Positions 26,019-38,900 of a stretch of DNA of 64,000 nt are shown here, piece after piece. The DNA is taken from the NCBI RefSeq assembly GCF_001194135.2, contig NC_068995.1, positions 38,015,944-38,079,943 on the forward strand. The letters are read 5' to 3'. Each line of letters begins with the position of its first letter. The stretch's first letter is position 1. The position numbers and the translations under genes were made by a program. The notes beneath the pieces were generated by a model. It saw only the letters and a program-made list of their open reading frames with translations. It had not been told where the DNA came from and searched no databases. Source of the stretch: Octopus bimaculoides (Eukaryota).

Positions 26019-27760
26019 CTATAAGATAGATAGAAAGAGAGAGAGTGAGATTGAAAACTATAGATAGATAGAGATATGTACACACGCGTCCACGCACACC
26101 GATACACTGAGATACATCGGTATAAAGTAGATACAGTCTCAGTTGCGGAGCATTCCCTTCAGCCATCAACTGGAAATCACAATGATATGGGCATATGTTT
26201 CTTTCAACATGTTCTCCAAACACTCATAATAACAAGAAATGTCTGGATTTCGTAGGTGCACACTACAGCATGCGCTTCATCTCCGTTATCAATTCAGCAA
26301 CGACACGAAACACTGTGTATCGTGAAAGGACACCAAACACATTAGAAGTTCAGTTTCTTTACCGAGACTTTAGGTTTATTCTTCATATATTTTGACATAT
26401 TCATGACTGATAAAGCAATTTTTAGGTTCGTTCTCCAATTACTGATTCACTACAGCGTTGTTTCTGAAGTCTTTTACATGAAACATAGAACATAGTGGTT
26501 GGAGATTAAAGAAATATCATCGCGTTATCATATGTATAGAAAGCACTCTAAAAGTATTTCTCCGCTGAACTTTGACAAGTAAGTCCACAAATTTATTTAT
26601 ATTCTATGTATTTATTCATTAGCCAAAGCTGGCCACATTAAAATCAATGCCGCTGCAATTTTTGTACGAACCACTGCATTTGACAGACAAAAAATAGATG
26701 AATATTTAAAATATAGTCAGATCTACTACATTTTTCGTACATTTACACACCCTCTGCTTTAAAGTTTACAGTATATATATATATATNNNNNNNNNNNNNN
26801 NNNNNNNNNNNNNNNNNNNNNNNNNNNNNNNNNNNNNNNNNNNNNNNNNNNNNNNNNNNNNNNNNNNNNNNNNNNNNNNNNNNNNNNNNNNNNNNNNNNN
26901 NNNNNNNNNNNNNNNNNNNNNNNNNNNNNNNNNNNNNNNNNNNNNNNNNNNNNNNNNNNNNNNNNNNNNNNNNNNNNNNNNNNNNNNNNNNNNNNNNNNN
27001 NNNNNNNNNNNNNNNNNNNNNNNNNNNNNNNNNNNNNNNNNNNNNNNNNNNNNNNNNNNNNNNNNNNNNNNNNNNNNNNNNNNNNNNNNNNNNNNNNNNN
27101 NNNNNNNNNNNNNNNNNNNNNNNNNNNNNNNNNNNNNNNNNNNNNNNNNNNNNNNNNNNNNNNNNNNNNNNNNNNNNNNNNNNNNNNNNNNNNNNNNNNN
27201 NNNNNNNNNNNNNNNNNNNNNNNNNNNNNNNNNNNNNNNNNNNNNNNNNNNNNNNNNNNNNNNNNNNNNNNNNNNNNNNNNNNNNNNNNNNNNNNNNNNN
27301 NNNNNNNNNNNNNNNNNNNNNNNNNNNNNNNNNNNNNNNNNNNNNNNNNNNNNNNNNNNNNNNNNNNNNNNNNNNNNNNNNNNNNNNNNNNNNNNNNNNN
27401 NNNNNNNNNNNNNNNNNNNNNNNNNNNNNNNNNNNNNNNNNNNNNNNNNNNNNNNNNNNNNNNNNNNNNNNNNNNNNNNNNNNNNNNNNNNNNNNNNNNN
27501 NNNNNNNNNNNNNNNNNNNNNNNNNNNNNNNNNNNNNNNNNNNNNNNNNNNNNNNNNNNNNNNNNNNNNNNNNNNNATATATTTATGAAGCAAGTAAACG
27601 TGTTGATGTGTTTGCTGCATAAATAATGAATGTAACGTGATCAAGATTTGATTGATAGATTTAGGTCTCAGATTGTAAAGGATATTTTTGTTGAAGCAAT
27701 GCAAAGTGACTTCTCAGGTATATTTTTCGTTCTTTAACAATATTGAATATAGAGATAATA

Positions 27761-27906
27761 GGCGCGGGAGTGTGTGTAGTAAGTAGCTTATGTAGCAACC
27801 GCATGGTTCCGGGTATAGTCCCACTGAATGGCACCTTGGATAAGTGTTGTCTACTAAAGCCTTGTGAGTGAATTTGGTAGAGGGAAACTGAAAGAAGCCC
27901 GTTGTA
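27761..27906 (+). mobile_element. tRNA-derived SINE, family A
   Basis: tRNA-like head (A-box-like gtgtagtaag; B-box-like ggttccgggtatagtccc) and tail ggaaactgaaagaagcccgt followed by (TA)n(TG)n. Confidence 0.8.
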
Positions 27907-27946
27907 TATATATATATATATATATAGATATGTCACATAGATATAC

Positions 27947-28036
<90 letters not shown>

Positions 28037-28080
28037 AAATATATATATATACATTTATATTTTGATATTTCGCTTAGGAA

Positions 28081-28284
28081 AAGGTGGCAAGCTTGCAGAA
28101 TCGTTACCATGGCGGGCAAATTTCTTGGCAAAATTTTGTCTGTCTTTATGTTCTGGGTTCAAATTTCGCTATCCTTATTTTGGGGTCGATAAAATAAGTA
28201 TCAGCTGAGCACTGTGTCGATGTATTCGACTTACCTTCTCCCCCGAAACTTGCTGACCTTGTGCCAAAATTTGAAACCAATATT
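28081..28284 (+). mobile_element. SINE family B
   Basis: aaggtggcaagcttgcagaatcgtt...ggggtcgataaaataagta...gaccttgtgccaaaatttgaaacc. Confidence 0.75.
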
Positions 28285-29198
28285 TCGCTTGGGAATTGCG
28301 GTGCTAATAACCTGGTGTTTGAATTCAATGTACATATGCTTTAGAACGAAAGGGAAGTCAAATAAATAAGAAACCGAAATGAAAAAAATTAATAAATAAT
28401 TATATTATGAACTTGTTTAACTTACACCTGTTTCTGCTATAAATTCCGATGCAATAATAATTTATATTTATATATACATAAGTGCGTATGTATATAGACT
28501 ATCAAGCACGACATATAATTAAGGAGAATATTAGAATTACATAAGCAAGTGATGTTGTTTAGCACCTGGTCTATATTAATCCATGTCTCTATGCAGACTA
28601 CTTTAAATAGAAATATTTATTATAAAATTAATCTTACATTCAAAGGAGAATTTAATGTGATTCACACAGGTTGAAAGCTATTTGTAGTAGTCCTAGTAAT
28701 CACGTATTGGGGCCACTTGGTTGTAAAATATGTATATATATATCCACTCTTGAACTCTTTTTCAGACAAGTAGTAACATACATAACTATATAATTATAGG
28801 TAGTATTATGTCTGAAATAAACGGACAAAAGAATGGGGTTTTCTCCGTTTCCTTTGCAAATTTGTTTTCCTATCCTTTCTTCTTTTTCTTTTATATCTAT
28901 CTTAATTTAGTGCAAAACTTAGGATTCTGAATATATGTGTGTATACATAAACCCACATCAATGTGGTGTTTTCTCGTCTACGTTTTGTTTGCAATGTCCT
29001 GTACCCAGATATGCACCTATACATACAGGTGGATGTCGGTATGCACATACCTGTACGTATATATGCATATACTCATTTACCATTTGTTTTTACATGACTT
29101 GAACGCAGCGTCTCCAATTGTAAGTAGTTTTCGTAAACGTATATCTTCCGACGCTACTCTATCTCTTTCTCTTTCTCTTTCTCTTCCTCTATCTTTTT

Positions 29199-29294
29199 CC
29201 CCCTCTCGTTCTTCCTCTTTACTACTACGTATCTCGCTTTACCCTTCTCGTTCTTCCTCTGTTACTACTACGTATCTCTTTTTCCCCCTCGTAC
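29199..29294. repeat. About 42-bp pyrimidine-rich minisatellite running into a gap
   Basis: Two visible units of ctcgttcttcctct(g)ttactactacgtatctc. Confidence 0.7.
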
Positions 29295-29931
29295 NNNNNN
29301 NNNNNNNNNNNNNNNNNNNNNNNNNNNNNNNNNNNNNNNNNNNNNNNNNNNNNNNNNNNNNNNNNNNNNNNNNNNNNNNNNNNNNNNNNNNNNNNNNNNN
29401 NNNNNNNNNNNNNNNNNNNNNNNNNNNNNNNNNNNNNNNNNNNNNNNNNNNNNNNNNNNNNNNNNNNNNNNNNNNNNNNNNNNNNNNNNNNNNNNNNNNN
29501 NNNNNNNNNNNNNNNNNNNNNNNNNNNNNNNNNNNNNNNNNNNNNNNNNNNNNNNNNNNNNNNNNNNNNNNNNNNNNNNNNNNNNNNNNNNNNNNNNNNN
29601 NNNNNNNNNNNNNNNNNNNNNNNNNNNNNNNNNNNNNNNNNNNNNNNNNNNNNNNNNNNNNNNNNNNNNNNNNNNNNNNNNNNNNNNNNNNNNNNNNNNN
29701 NNNNNNNNNNNNNNNNNNNNNNNNNNNNNNNNNNNNNNNNNNNNNNNNNNNNNNNNNNNNNNNNNNNNNNNNNNNNNNNNNNNNNNNNNNNNNNNNNNNN
29801 NNNNNNNNNNNNNNNNNNNNNNNNNNNNNNNNNNNNNNNNNNNNNNNNNNNNNNNNNNNNNNNNNNNNNNNNNNNNNNNNNNNNNNNNNNNNNNNNNNNN
29901 NNNNNNNNNNNNNNNNNNNNNNNNNNNNNNN

Positions 29932-29977
<46 letters not shown>

Positions 29978-30411
29978 TGTGTGTGTGTAGTTACAATATA
30001 GTTAAACATGCGTGTGTACAAAAATAAATAATAAGGTTAATATATTTTAAACCATTATAAACGTTAGATCCAAAGATGTCTAGAGTTAAGGTGTCTCTCG
30101 GACCCATTTGTCTGCCTTTTTAAATGTAAATGACCGCCTATGACTTATTTTAATTTTATATTCTATGACAGTAAAATATAATTCTTAACCTTCGTGTTCT
30201 GTACTATTCTTGATTGCCAGTTTCATGCCACAGTTTAATAAATCAGTGCCTTTGACTGTAACTTCACTTGTCTGAGGATCACTCGATTACACGACCAATC
30301 TGGTTCGCTGTTTTACTTTGTTTTAAATATTACCCGATAAACCGTGAGAATTTCATATCTTGCACAATTGCCAAAAATCCTAAATCGATTGCTTTGTTCA
30401 ATTATTGATGT

Positions 30412-30443
<32 letters not shown>

Positions 30444-30608
30444 ACACGCACAAACATATCTGCGTATATTCATATATATATGTTTGAATGTTTATAATAT
30501 ATATACCTATATATGTATATGTTTATGTATATATTATATATACGCATACATATGCATACGTACGTACGCACGTAGGTACGTACGTACGTACCTACCTACC
30601 TACATACA

Positions 30609-30689
<81 letters not shown>

Positions 30690-30690
30690 A

Positions 30691-30990
30691 GACGCACAAT
30701 GGCCCTGTAGTTATGGCAGCGGACTCGCGGTCGTAGGATCCCGGTTTCTTATTCCCAGACCGAGCCTTGTGAGTGTTTATTGACTGAAGACGCCTAAAAG
30801 CTCCACGAGGCTCTGGTAGGGGGGGCACCCCTGTTGTCCTCTTTCGCTCAACTTTCTCTCACTCTTTCTTCTTACTAGATAACACTCCGATGGACTGACG
30901 TCCCGTCCAGCTGGGAGAACACATACGCCATAGAAACCGGGAAACCGGGGCCCGTGAGCCTGGCTAGGCTTTAAAAACGCGCATAAATAA
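30691..30990 (+). mobile_element. tRNA-derived SINE with a V-domain-like core and (TAAA)n tail
   Basis: Head gacgcacaatggccctgtagtta...; internal gatggactgacgtcccgtccag resembles the V-SINE central motif; ends in ataaataaat. Confidence 0.6.
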
Positions 30991-31287
30991 ATAAATACAT
31001 AAANNNNNNNNNNNNNNNNNNNNNNNNNNNNNNNNNNNNNNNNNNNNNNNNNNNNNNNNNNNNTATATATATATATATATATATATGCATATCTGTGTTT
31101 ATGTGTTCGTGTGGTAAGATCATTATTCCGTACTTTGTAAAGGTATCGTTGGATCCTTTACATTTTTCTTTAATTATTGCTACGTTTATGTCAATGAGTG
31201 TAGTGGTTGGCAGATGGTCAACAGAAACATATTACATATGTGCTTTTCAAGCTTAATGCGTTTGTATGATTTGATACAATGAATTAT

Positions 31288-31300
31288 CGTTTTGTTTCAG
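31288..31300 (+). promoter_or_regulatory. Candidate 3' splice site of a 5'-UTR intron of CR paralog 2
   Basis: cgttttgtttcag, about 520 nt upstream of the ATG, at a similar distance to the candidate site of paralog 1. Confidence 0.3.
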
Positions 31301-31818
31301 ATTGCTGATTCAACCCATGCATGACAATCTGCTGTTTTACATATCGTCAATGGAAATACAGAGTAAATTTTGTCACACGGAACATATTTGCTAACATAAT
31401 TTCCAGTTGAGATTAAATTTGCTAATATGGGAAGATAACTAATATACTTCACTAATTAATCTAATGAAATTTACAAAATGGACGTACTGAAATGAGAAGA
31501 CTTTTGCAAACTGGCAAATTCTGTTGACATCTGTAGTGTAAAAATTCACCGATAACACACAATAGCAAATTTATTAGATTTCATACTTTAAAACGAAAAT
31601 CAGAAAGGTTTAATCGCAGCATATTTTGATAATCATGTCTTTCATGTCGTTATGTGTAATGGAATTACTCCTCCATATTGCAGATGTTAGAAATATATCG
31701 TAATATTACCATTAATTTAATAACTGCTTTTCTTTCATTCAAGATAATTGAACAAATTGTAAAATTACCAGTAATCTATAAGATGACAATGTTAAATCAC
31801 ACACGGAAACACTGAAAA

Positions 31819-33012
31819 ATGATGTCAAAACAATATTTTGTGATTCTGATACCGGTTATATCGATAGTAATTTCGTGCCCCACGTACAAGGATGAAACAT
31901 TATTACAAGCAACTTTATTATCTAATTATAACAAAGGTGTGAGGCCTGTTATTGATTTATCTACAACTATCAATATCGAAGCTGCTTTATTTCTTCACAC
32001 ATTCTATGGTCTGGACTTTGTAAATAATATAGTTACAGCTCGGTACGACTTTAGTCTAGAATGGACTGACGAACTTCTGACTTGGAATCCTCTAGACTAC
32101 AACAACATTACAGTTATATACATAGAAAAAGATAAGCTGTGGACACCAGAAATCGTAATGTGCAATGCAATGAAGGAATCAGAAGAGAAAGGTAGCTTTC
32201 TTGAAGTAAAGGTTTTTAATAATGGACGTGTACAAATGCGGTCACTAAAACTGCTGAAATCCTATTGCACATTTGATGCTTACGCCTATCCATTTGACCA
32301 GCATGACTGCGAAATATACATTTGCGTTGCTTTGCATGATCCTGTCCATACAAGAATAAGAACACTTACATATGATAATTTAAATTATTCCCCAAACTAT
32401 AACTGGGACATCGACTACAATGGTATAAAAAATGCTTCCGACCAGAGATTCAGCGTCGTATTTGCTCCATTGCATTTACGACGTAGACTCACAATAGCTA
32501 TTGTAGCTATGCTGATTCCAACAATAATGATGACTATTTTGACTATATTTGTCTTCCTTCTACCTCCAGAATCAGGGGAAAAAGTTTCTCTAGCTACGAC
32601 AATATTTTTATCAAACGTTTTGTATCTTGTTGAAATCGAGAAAACTACACCGAGGAATTCCAAATTTCCTCCACTTCTTATGACATACTTGATGCTATTA
32701 TCACTTTTAAGTGGTATCGCAACACTTGGGTCGGTGATTATATGCAAGTTGTATGTCATTCAGTCATCTGATGAAAAGACATCGAACCTCCCAGATCAAA
32801 CAACAAACAAATCTCGAAGCAACAAAATTGCGGATAGTTCAACAATTACCACGAGAGAGAACGATCCCGTAACTTTGAACTCAAAATCAAATACGAAAAC
32901 TAAATTTTGTATAACCGAATATTTCCGACTTGATGAGACATTCCTGAAAATTAGCATTATAACAACAGTAATAATTTCAATATTATTTACTTCTTTCTTG
33001 TGTACACAATAG
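31819..33012 (+). CDS. Atypical nicotinic-receptor-like Cys-loop channel subunit; cephalopod chemotactile receptor (CR) family paralog 2 (397 aa, single coding exon)
   Basis: Uninterrupted ORF with signal peptide, LLSNYNKGVRPV, WTDELLTWNPLDY, WTPEI, Cys-loop CTFDAYAYPFDQHDC, LPPESGEKVSL M1-M2 motif and four TM segments; lacks YxCC. Aligns almost gap-free with 1336-2538 (hand count: about 54% identity in the ectodomain, about 74% over M1-M3). Confidence 0.95.
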   Translation: MMSKQYFVILIPVISIVISCPTYKDETLLQATLLSNYNKGVRPVIDLSTTINIEAALFLHTFYGLDFVNNIVTARYDFSLEWTDELLTWNPLDYNNITVIYIEKDKLWTPEIVMCNAMKESEEKGSFLEVKVFNNGRVQMRSLKLLKSYCTFDAYAYPFDQHDCEIYICVALHDPVHTRIRTLTYDNLNYSPNYNWDIDYNGIKNASDQRFSVVFAPLHLRRRLTIAIVAMLIPTIMMTILTIFVFLLPPESGEKVSLATTIFLSNVLYLVEIEKTTPRNSKFPPLLMTYLMLLSLLSGIATLGSVIICKLYVIQSSDEKTSNLPDQTTNKSRSNKIADSSTITTRENDPVTLNSKSNTKTKFCITEYFRLDETFLKISIITTVIISILFTSFLCTQ

Positions 33013-33921
33013 AAGAAAAACTAGATGAGCAAGACATCATAATAGTAGATTTAGAACGACGGGTGAATAAATATATAACATCTTGAAATTCATATTTCTA
33101 ATATCATAAATTTGTGTAATTTTGAGCAGTTTTAGCAACATATGAGAAGCTACATCATATAAGTTCATAAAACTACCGGAATGATTACCAGATGCTGACT
33201 GAAAATCTGAAAAAATTAATGCGAATACAGACTGAAATTCTTTGAAATTTATGAAATCGCGAATCAAACATATCTACTACTGGATTGTGAACATGGTTTC
33301 TTACAATTTTCATTCGTGTGTATTATACATAAAACATAACACACAGTTTACACAATTATTCATACTTCAACGTCTGTATGATTATATTTATAATTTATGA
33401 CACTAACACAGGATCTTACAGGCATATGTGTCTAGGCACTAAAACACGGTGATACAAATAGACGGAGCTACGACGACTAACTCAAATGTTTGTATTTACA
33501 TACAGTCGAATACATTTCCTATTCGACTATTCTATATAACAGACCATTACAGAAATCTGTCAATTTCACCACATCTGCTGATAAAAGGAAAATCATGGAA
33601 CCATATAGTTCTCTCAGAATTTCACAACTACCTCTCTATATATCAGGTTTAATAATATGCGATACAAGTATAAATTTTGTGCGATTTCATTAACAAAAAC
33701 TTCATCTCTGTCTTAATGGCATGTGCAAATGTTTATTATTTTTACTGTTGAGAGTTTCCATATAATAATATAGTCATTGCAGATATACGATTTTTTCCTC
33801 ACGTGGATGTGAGTTCGAGTCTCATGGCTGGCCGCAGTCAGATTTTTCTGCAAAATATGGATAGTTTATCCTGTTCGTGCTCTTATATTAGCTTTATTCT
33901 ACGTTTGAGAATAATTTGTTT

Positions 33922-33965
<44 letters not shown>

Positions 33966-34605
33966 CGCCNNNNNNNNNNNNNNNNNNNNNNNNNNNNNNN
34001 NNNNNNNNNNNNNNNNNNNNNNNNNNNNNNNNNNNNNNNNNNNNNNNNNNNNNNNNNNNNNNNNNNNNNNNNNNNNNNNNNNNNNNNNNNNNNNNNNNNN
34101 NNNNNNNNNNNNNNNNNNNNNNNNNNNNNNNNNNNNNNNNNNNNNNNNNNNNNNNNNNNNNNNNNNNNNNNNNNNNNNNNNNNNNNNNNNNNNNNNNNNN
34201 NNNNNNNNNNNNNNNNNNNNNNNNNNNNNNNNNNNNNNNNNNNNNNNNNNNNNNNNNNNNNNNNNNNNNNNNNNNNNNNNNNNNNNNNNNNNNNNNNNNN
34301 NNNNNNNNNNNNNNNNNNNNNNNNNNNNNNNNNNNNNNNNNNNNNNNNNNNNNNNNNNNNNNNNNNNNNNNNNNNNNNNNNNNNNNNNNNNNNNNNNNNN
34401 NNNNNNNNNNNNNNNNNNNNNNNNNNNNNNNNNNNNNNNNNNNNNNNNNNNNNNNNNNNNNNNNNNNNNNNNNNNNNNNNNNNNNNNNNNNNNNNNNNNN
34501 NNNNNNNNNNNNNNNNNNNNNNNNNNNNNNNNNNNNNNNNNNNNNNNNNNNNNNNNNNNNNNNNNNNNNNNNNNNNNNNNNNNNNNNNNNNNNNNNNNNN
34601 NNNNN

Positions 34606-35100
34606 TCCCCACCTCCCACCTCCCAACACCCTCACATCACACCACGCTACACCATATCCCACAACACATCACTTCACAACACACCACCACGCACACACCA
34701 GCACTGACCAACTCCCTTCCCCACCTTCACACCTACATACACACATAAATACGTTAAGATCACCAGCATTCTTTCTCACACACACAGCTTCTTGTCTTGG
34801 GTTCACCACTTCTTTGTTATCTCCTCTTTTTGTTATCTCCCCTTTGTTATATCCCTTTTTTTCTTAGCTCTCCTGTGTGATCCTTCTGTCCGGCATTCGG
34901 CATGATAGATCGCTGACCACTACATTTATATTTTTTTCTCCTTGTTTCTCTCCTTATTTCTTTCTGTGTTCCTTTCAGTTGAAGAGCGTAGCGCGAAACG
35001 TCAAAGACTTTCTCTATTCCCGAGCGTTAAACTAATACATCCATTTGTTGTTTACACCAGCTGTCTTCGTCTGTTGTTTTTTTCGTAAATTCTTTCTCCC
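34606..35100 (+). mobile_element. 3' end of a Penelope-like element (CA-rich tract, hammerhead-like motif, T-rich tail)
   Basis: Same layout as the minus-strand PLE end at 56950-58200; contains TTGAAGA-GCG-TAG-CGC-GAAA-CGTC at 34979-35002. Confidence 0.5.
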
Positions 35101-35890
35101 ATATATAAATATATATATATATANNNNNNNNNNNNNNNNNNNNNNNNNNNNNNNNNNNNNNNNNNNNNNNNNNNNNNNNNNNNNNNNNNNNNNNNNNNNN
35201 NNNNNNNNNNNNNNNNNNNNNNNNNNNNNNNNNNNNNNNNNNNNNNNNNNNNNNNNNNNNNNNNNNNNNNNNNNNNNNNNNNNNNNNNNNNNNNNNNNNN
35301 NNNNNNNNNNNNNNNNNNNNNNNNNNNNNNNNNNNNNNNNNNNNNNNNNNNNNNNNNNNNNNNNNNNNNNNNNNNNNNNNNNNNNNNNNNNNNNNNNNNN
35401 NNNNNNNNNNNNNNNNNNNNNNNNNNNNNNNNNNNNNNNNNNNNNNNNNNNNNNNNNNNNNNNNNNNNNNNNNNNNNNNNNNNNNNNNNNNNNNNNNNNN
35501 NNNNNNNNNNNNNNNNNNNNNNNNNNNNNNNNNNNNNNNNNNNNNNNNNNNNNNNNNNNNNNNNNNNNNNNNNNNNNNNNNNNNNNNNNNNNNNNNNNNN
35601 NNNNNNNNNNNNNNNNNNNNNNNNNNNNNNNNNNNNNNNNNNNNNNNNNNNNNNNNNNNNNNNNNNNNNNNNNNNNNNNNNNNNNNNNNNNNNNNNNNNN
35701 NNNNNNNNNNNNNNNNNNNNNNNNNNNNNNNNNNNNNNNNNNNNNNNNNNNNNNNNNNNNNNNNNNNNNNNNNNNNNNNNNNNNNNNNNNNNNNNNNNNN
35801 NNNNNNNNNNNNNNNNNNNNNNNNNNNNNNNNNNNNNNNNNNNNNNNNNNNNNNNNNNNNNNNNNNNNNNNNNNNNNNNNNNNNNNNNNN

Positions 35891-36793
35891 GGTTGAGTTT
35901 GATGTTAAGCTCCTTGAAGCATTACTTGAAGAAAATCCGGCATTATCAGCTGAAGAATCGGCAATAAAGCTTAGTTCAAAGCATACAACTGTTCATCGTC
36001 ATGTTCAACAAATTGGAAAGTTTCCTGAACTTGGAAAATGGGTGCCTCATGAATTGTCCGAAAACAAACCGCAAATCCTGTATTGACATCTTCTCTCCAT
36101 TTTCGTGGACTCATTTCACTCTTTTTGGATAGACTTGTGACTGGTGACGAAAAATGGATCTTCTATCGAAATGTTAAACGCCGTAAACAGTGGCTTGGTA
36201 AAAGAGAAAAGGCTCAACCACAACCGAGAAGGGAACTTCATAGGAAAACGTTTCTTCTCTCTATCTAGTAGGATTGCAAAGGAGTAATTCGCTTTGAATT
36301 GTTACCACCTAATGCAACAATCAATGCTCAAGTCTACTGACAGCAATTAGAGCGTTTGAACCAAACTTTGAAGAAAAAGTCCCACTTTAGTGAATCGAAA
36401 AAGAGTGATGTTTTATCCTGACAATGCGCGACCCCACACTGCAAAGATCACATCACAGAAGATCGAAGAGCTTGGTTGGGAAAAGAATTACTCATCCACC
36501 TTATTCTCCCGACCTTGCTCCTTCAGACTACTATTTGTTTCGTGGTTTATAGAATCATTTGGGGGACATAACATTCGCTAGCCAGGAGGAAGTCGAAACT
36601 GGCATTTCAGAGTGATTCGCTTTGAAACGAAAAGAGGTTTACATTGATGGGATTAAAAAGTTGTAAATAGATGAAAAGAAGTTATAGATAATCAGTAAAA
36701 GTACATTGATGATTAAATTTCAATTAAATATAACACTTGATCACATGTTTTCTTTATTCACAATTCGGACAGAACTTATGAGATGAGCTGATA
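35891..36793 (+). mobile_element. Mariner (D,D34D) transposon, decayed; 5' end lies in the gap
   Basis: LGKWVPHEL, VTGDEKWIFY, YPDNARPH and HPPYSPDLAPSDYYLF motifs with stops and frameshifts; 3' TIR cggacagaacttatgagatgagctgata (36766-36793) ending in TA. Confidence 0.92.
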
Positions 36794-36844
36794 TATACGT
36801 ATATATGTATTTATACCTATATATATTTTGAGTTAAACTGAGGA

Positions 36845-37902
36845 AGTCTACTATAGGGACATTGACCATGCTTCGTTAAGCTTACGGCGCGATGCAATGG
36901 ACTTATGTAATGTTTCGAGTGGCACGGGCACTTCAAAAATGTTAGAGTGTCCCTGGAAGACCATGAGCGATCTGGAAGACCTACTATAATGATCACTCCT
37001 GAAAATGTGGAGAAATTATCAGCTTGTGCATGAGGATTGCTGAAGGACAATTGTTGACATTGCTGATGCTGTTGGTCTGTCGTATGCAACCGTGTAGGCA
37101 ATGCTAACTACTTAATTGAACATGCGGCGTGTCTTTGCCAAGTTTTGCCCCGCCTGATAATCACTGAGCAGAAAGAATATCACATCCATGTCTATCAAGA
37201 TCACCGCCAGTGTATCGCTGATGGCCTATCCTTTATGTCGAGGATCATCACCAGTGGGTACAGTTGGAACTACGAGACGAAGCACCAATTGTCACAATGG
37301 AAGAGACCTTCATCTCCACTATCGAAGAAAGCACAACACAGCCGCAGCTCAATCAAAAGCATAGTCATATCTTTCTTCGATATCTGCGGCAATGTAAATC
37401 GAGAATTCGTTCCCCAGGGTTAGACCGTCAAACGAGAGTCATGCTGCCATGTTTTGAAGCGTTTCACGGAGGACATTCTTCGAAAGCGACCGGATGTGTG
37501 GAGAGCGAAGCATTCGACTCTTCATTATGACAATGCACTATGTCACCGAGCTCTCCTCTCTCGTGTTTCTCACTCAAAACAACATAGTATCGCTTCCGCA
37601 CCCGCCCTATTCGCCATATTTGGCATCTGCAGATTTCCGTCTCTTCTCTAAGACCAAAATAGATGGAAGTACAGCTCAAAGGTCACCGTTTTAACACTCC
37701 TGTCGAGATCCAGATTGAATCGCAGGTGGTCCTCGAATCGCTTACGGAAAACGGCTTCCAGTCCGGATTCCGAAAGTGGCAGGAACGTTCCGACCGCTGT
37801 ATTGCTGCGCAACGTGACTATTTTGAAAGTGATTATGCTGAAATTTAGGTTATTTTTGTTATTAGGCATAACTAGTCCAGGGACGTTTTGATAGCACCTT
37901 TA
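36845..37902 (+). mobile_element. Second mariner (different subfamily), near full-length transposase pseudogene lacking its 5' TIR
   Basis: HTH FEWH..FKN...SLED.ERSGRP; WNYETKHQLSQWK; HYDNA; HPPYSPYLASADF; LKGHRF; FRKWQER..RCIAAQRDYFE; 3' TIR gtccagggacgttttgatagcaccttta. Confidence 0.9.
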
Positions 37903-38714
37903 TATGTATATATACCTGTATACAGACACACACTCACATATACACACACACACACACTCACATACACACACACACACACCCACACACATATATATATATA
38001 TTTATATATACATACATAAACCTGATTCAAACACACTATGGGGTTAACAACAACATATACAGCAAGATACAAAGAAAACCAGAGTGAAGGTATCTATACT
38101 TCAAATTTTGTACTATACGATGTAAGTTTTTTATATGATTTCCGTCACAAAGAAAACATATATCGGTTAATTCAATGTAAAATTGTTTCTAACCGATTTT
38201 TGTAGAAGAATATATCTATTTATTTCATCTCGCATACTCACGCTCAAACACGCAAACACAAACGCATAAATTTACATTTGTCAATAAATATTGTGACTAC
38301 ACCGCTATATTCGTTCAAGATTTGTACTACGAAATGAATAAACACTCGAAAGCGAATAAAACTCTTCGTGTTTGTATAGCTACATAAATTTCTGGAGTTA
38401 ACAGTTAATGATTATTTCGACAGTTAGGATGCAGCAAAATGTAACCACATCTACAGAGGTTGGTGCTGCAAGCAAGTCACTAACGATCGCACAAGGTTTC
38501 CCTACACAAACAAATTCAAATATTGCTACGCTCACATTCATACACTGTCACACCCCCACATATATATACACACATACACACACTCACACACAAATAGATA
38601 TATAGGAACGTATGACTTTATATATATGTTTATGCTTGTGTGTATTCTAAATTTTATTGCTGTTTAACATATCATTTTTCAACTTAATTAAAACGACTAA
38701 CCACATTTACTGTA

Positions 38715-38900
38715 TGGGCGAAATGCTTAGCGGTATTTCGTCTGTCTTTACATTCTGAGTTCAATTTCCACCGAGGTCGACTTTACCTTTCATCCTTTCG
38801 GGGTCGACAAATTTCTTACCAGTTGCGTACTGGGGTCGCTCTAATCGATTGGCCTCATACCCCAAAATGTCGGGCCTTGTGCTTAGAGTAGAAAAGAATA
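38715..38900 (+). mobile_element. SINE family B
   Basis: gggcgaaatgcttagcggtatttcgtc...gaggtcgacttt...ggccttgtgcttagagtagaaaagaat. Confidence 0.8.

Noticed and set aside
27761-27840. tRNA-like sequences at SINE heads
   Set aside because: A/B-box-like motifs without a complete cloverleaf; they belong to multi-copy SINEs rather than tRNA genes.
32415-32759. 114-aa minus-strand ORF
   Set aside because: Antisense shadow of the CR paralog 2 TM region; no independent coding signal.
18547-35890. Possibility of further CR genes hidden in gaps
   Set aside because: The largest gaps are under 0.8 kb, shorter than a 1.2-kb CR ORF, and no partial CR sequence flanks them. Gap sizes are only estimates, so this is not fully excluded.
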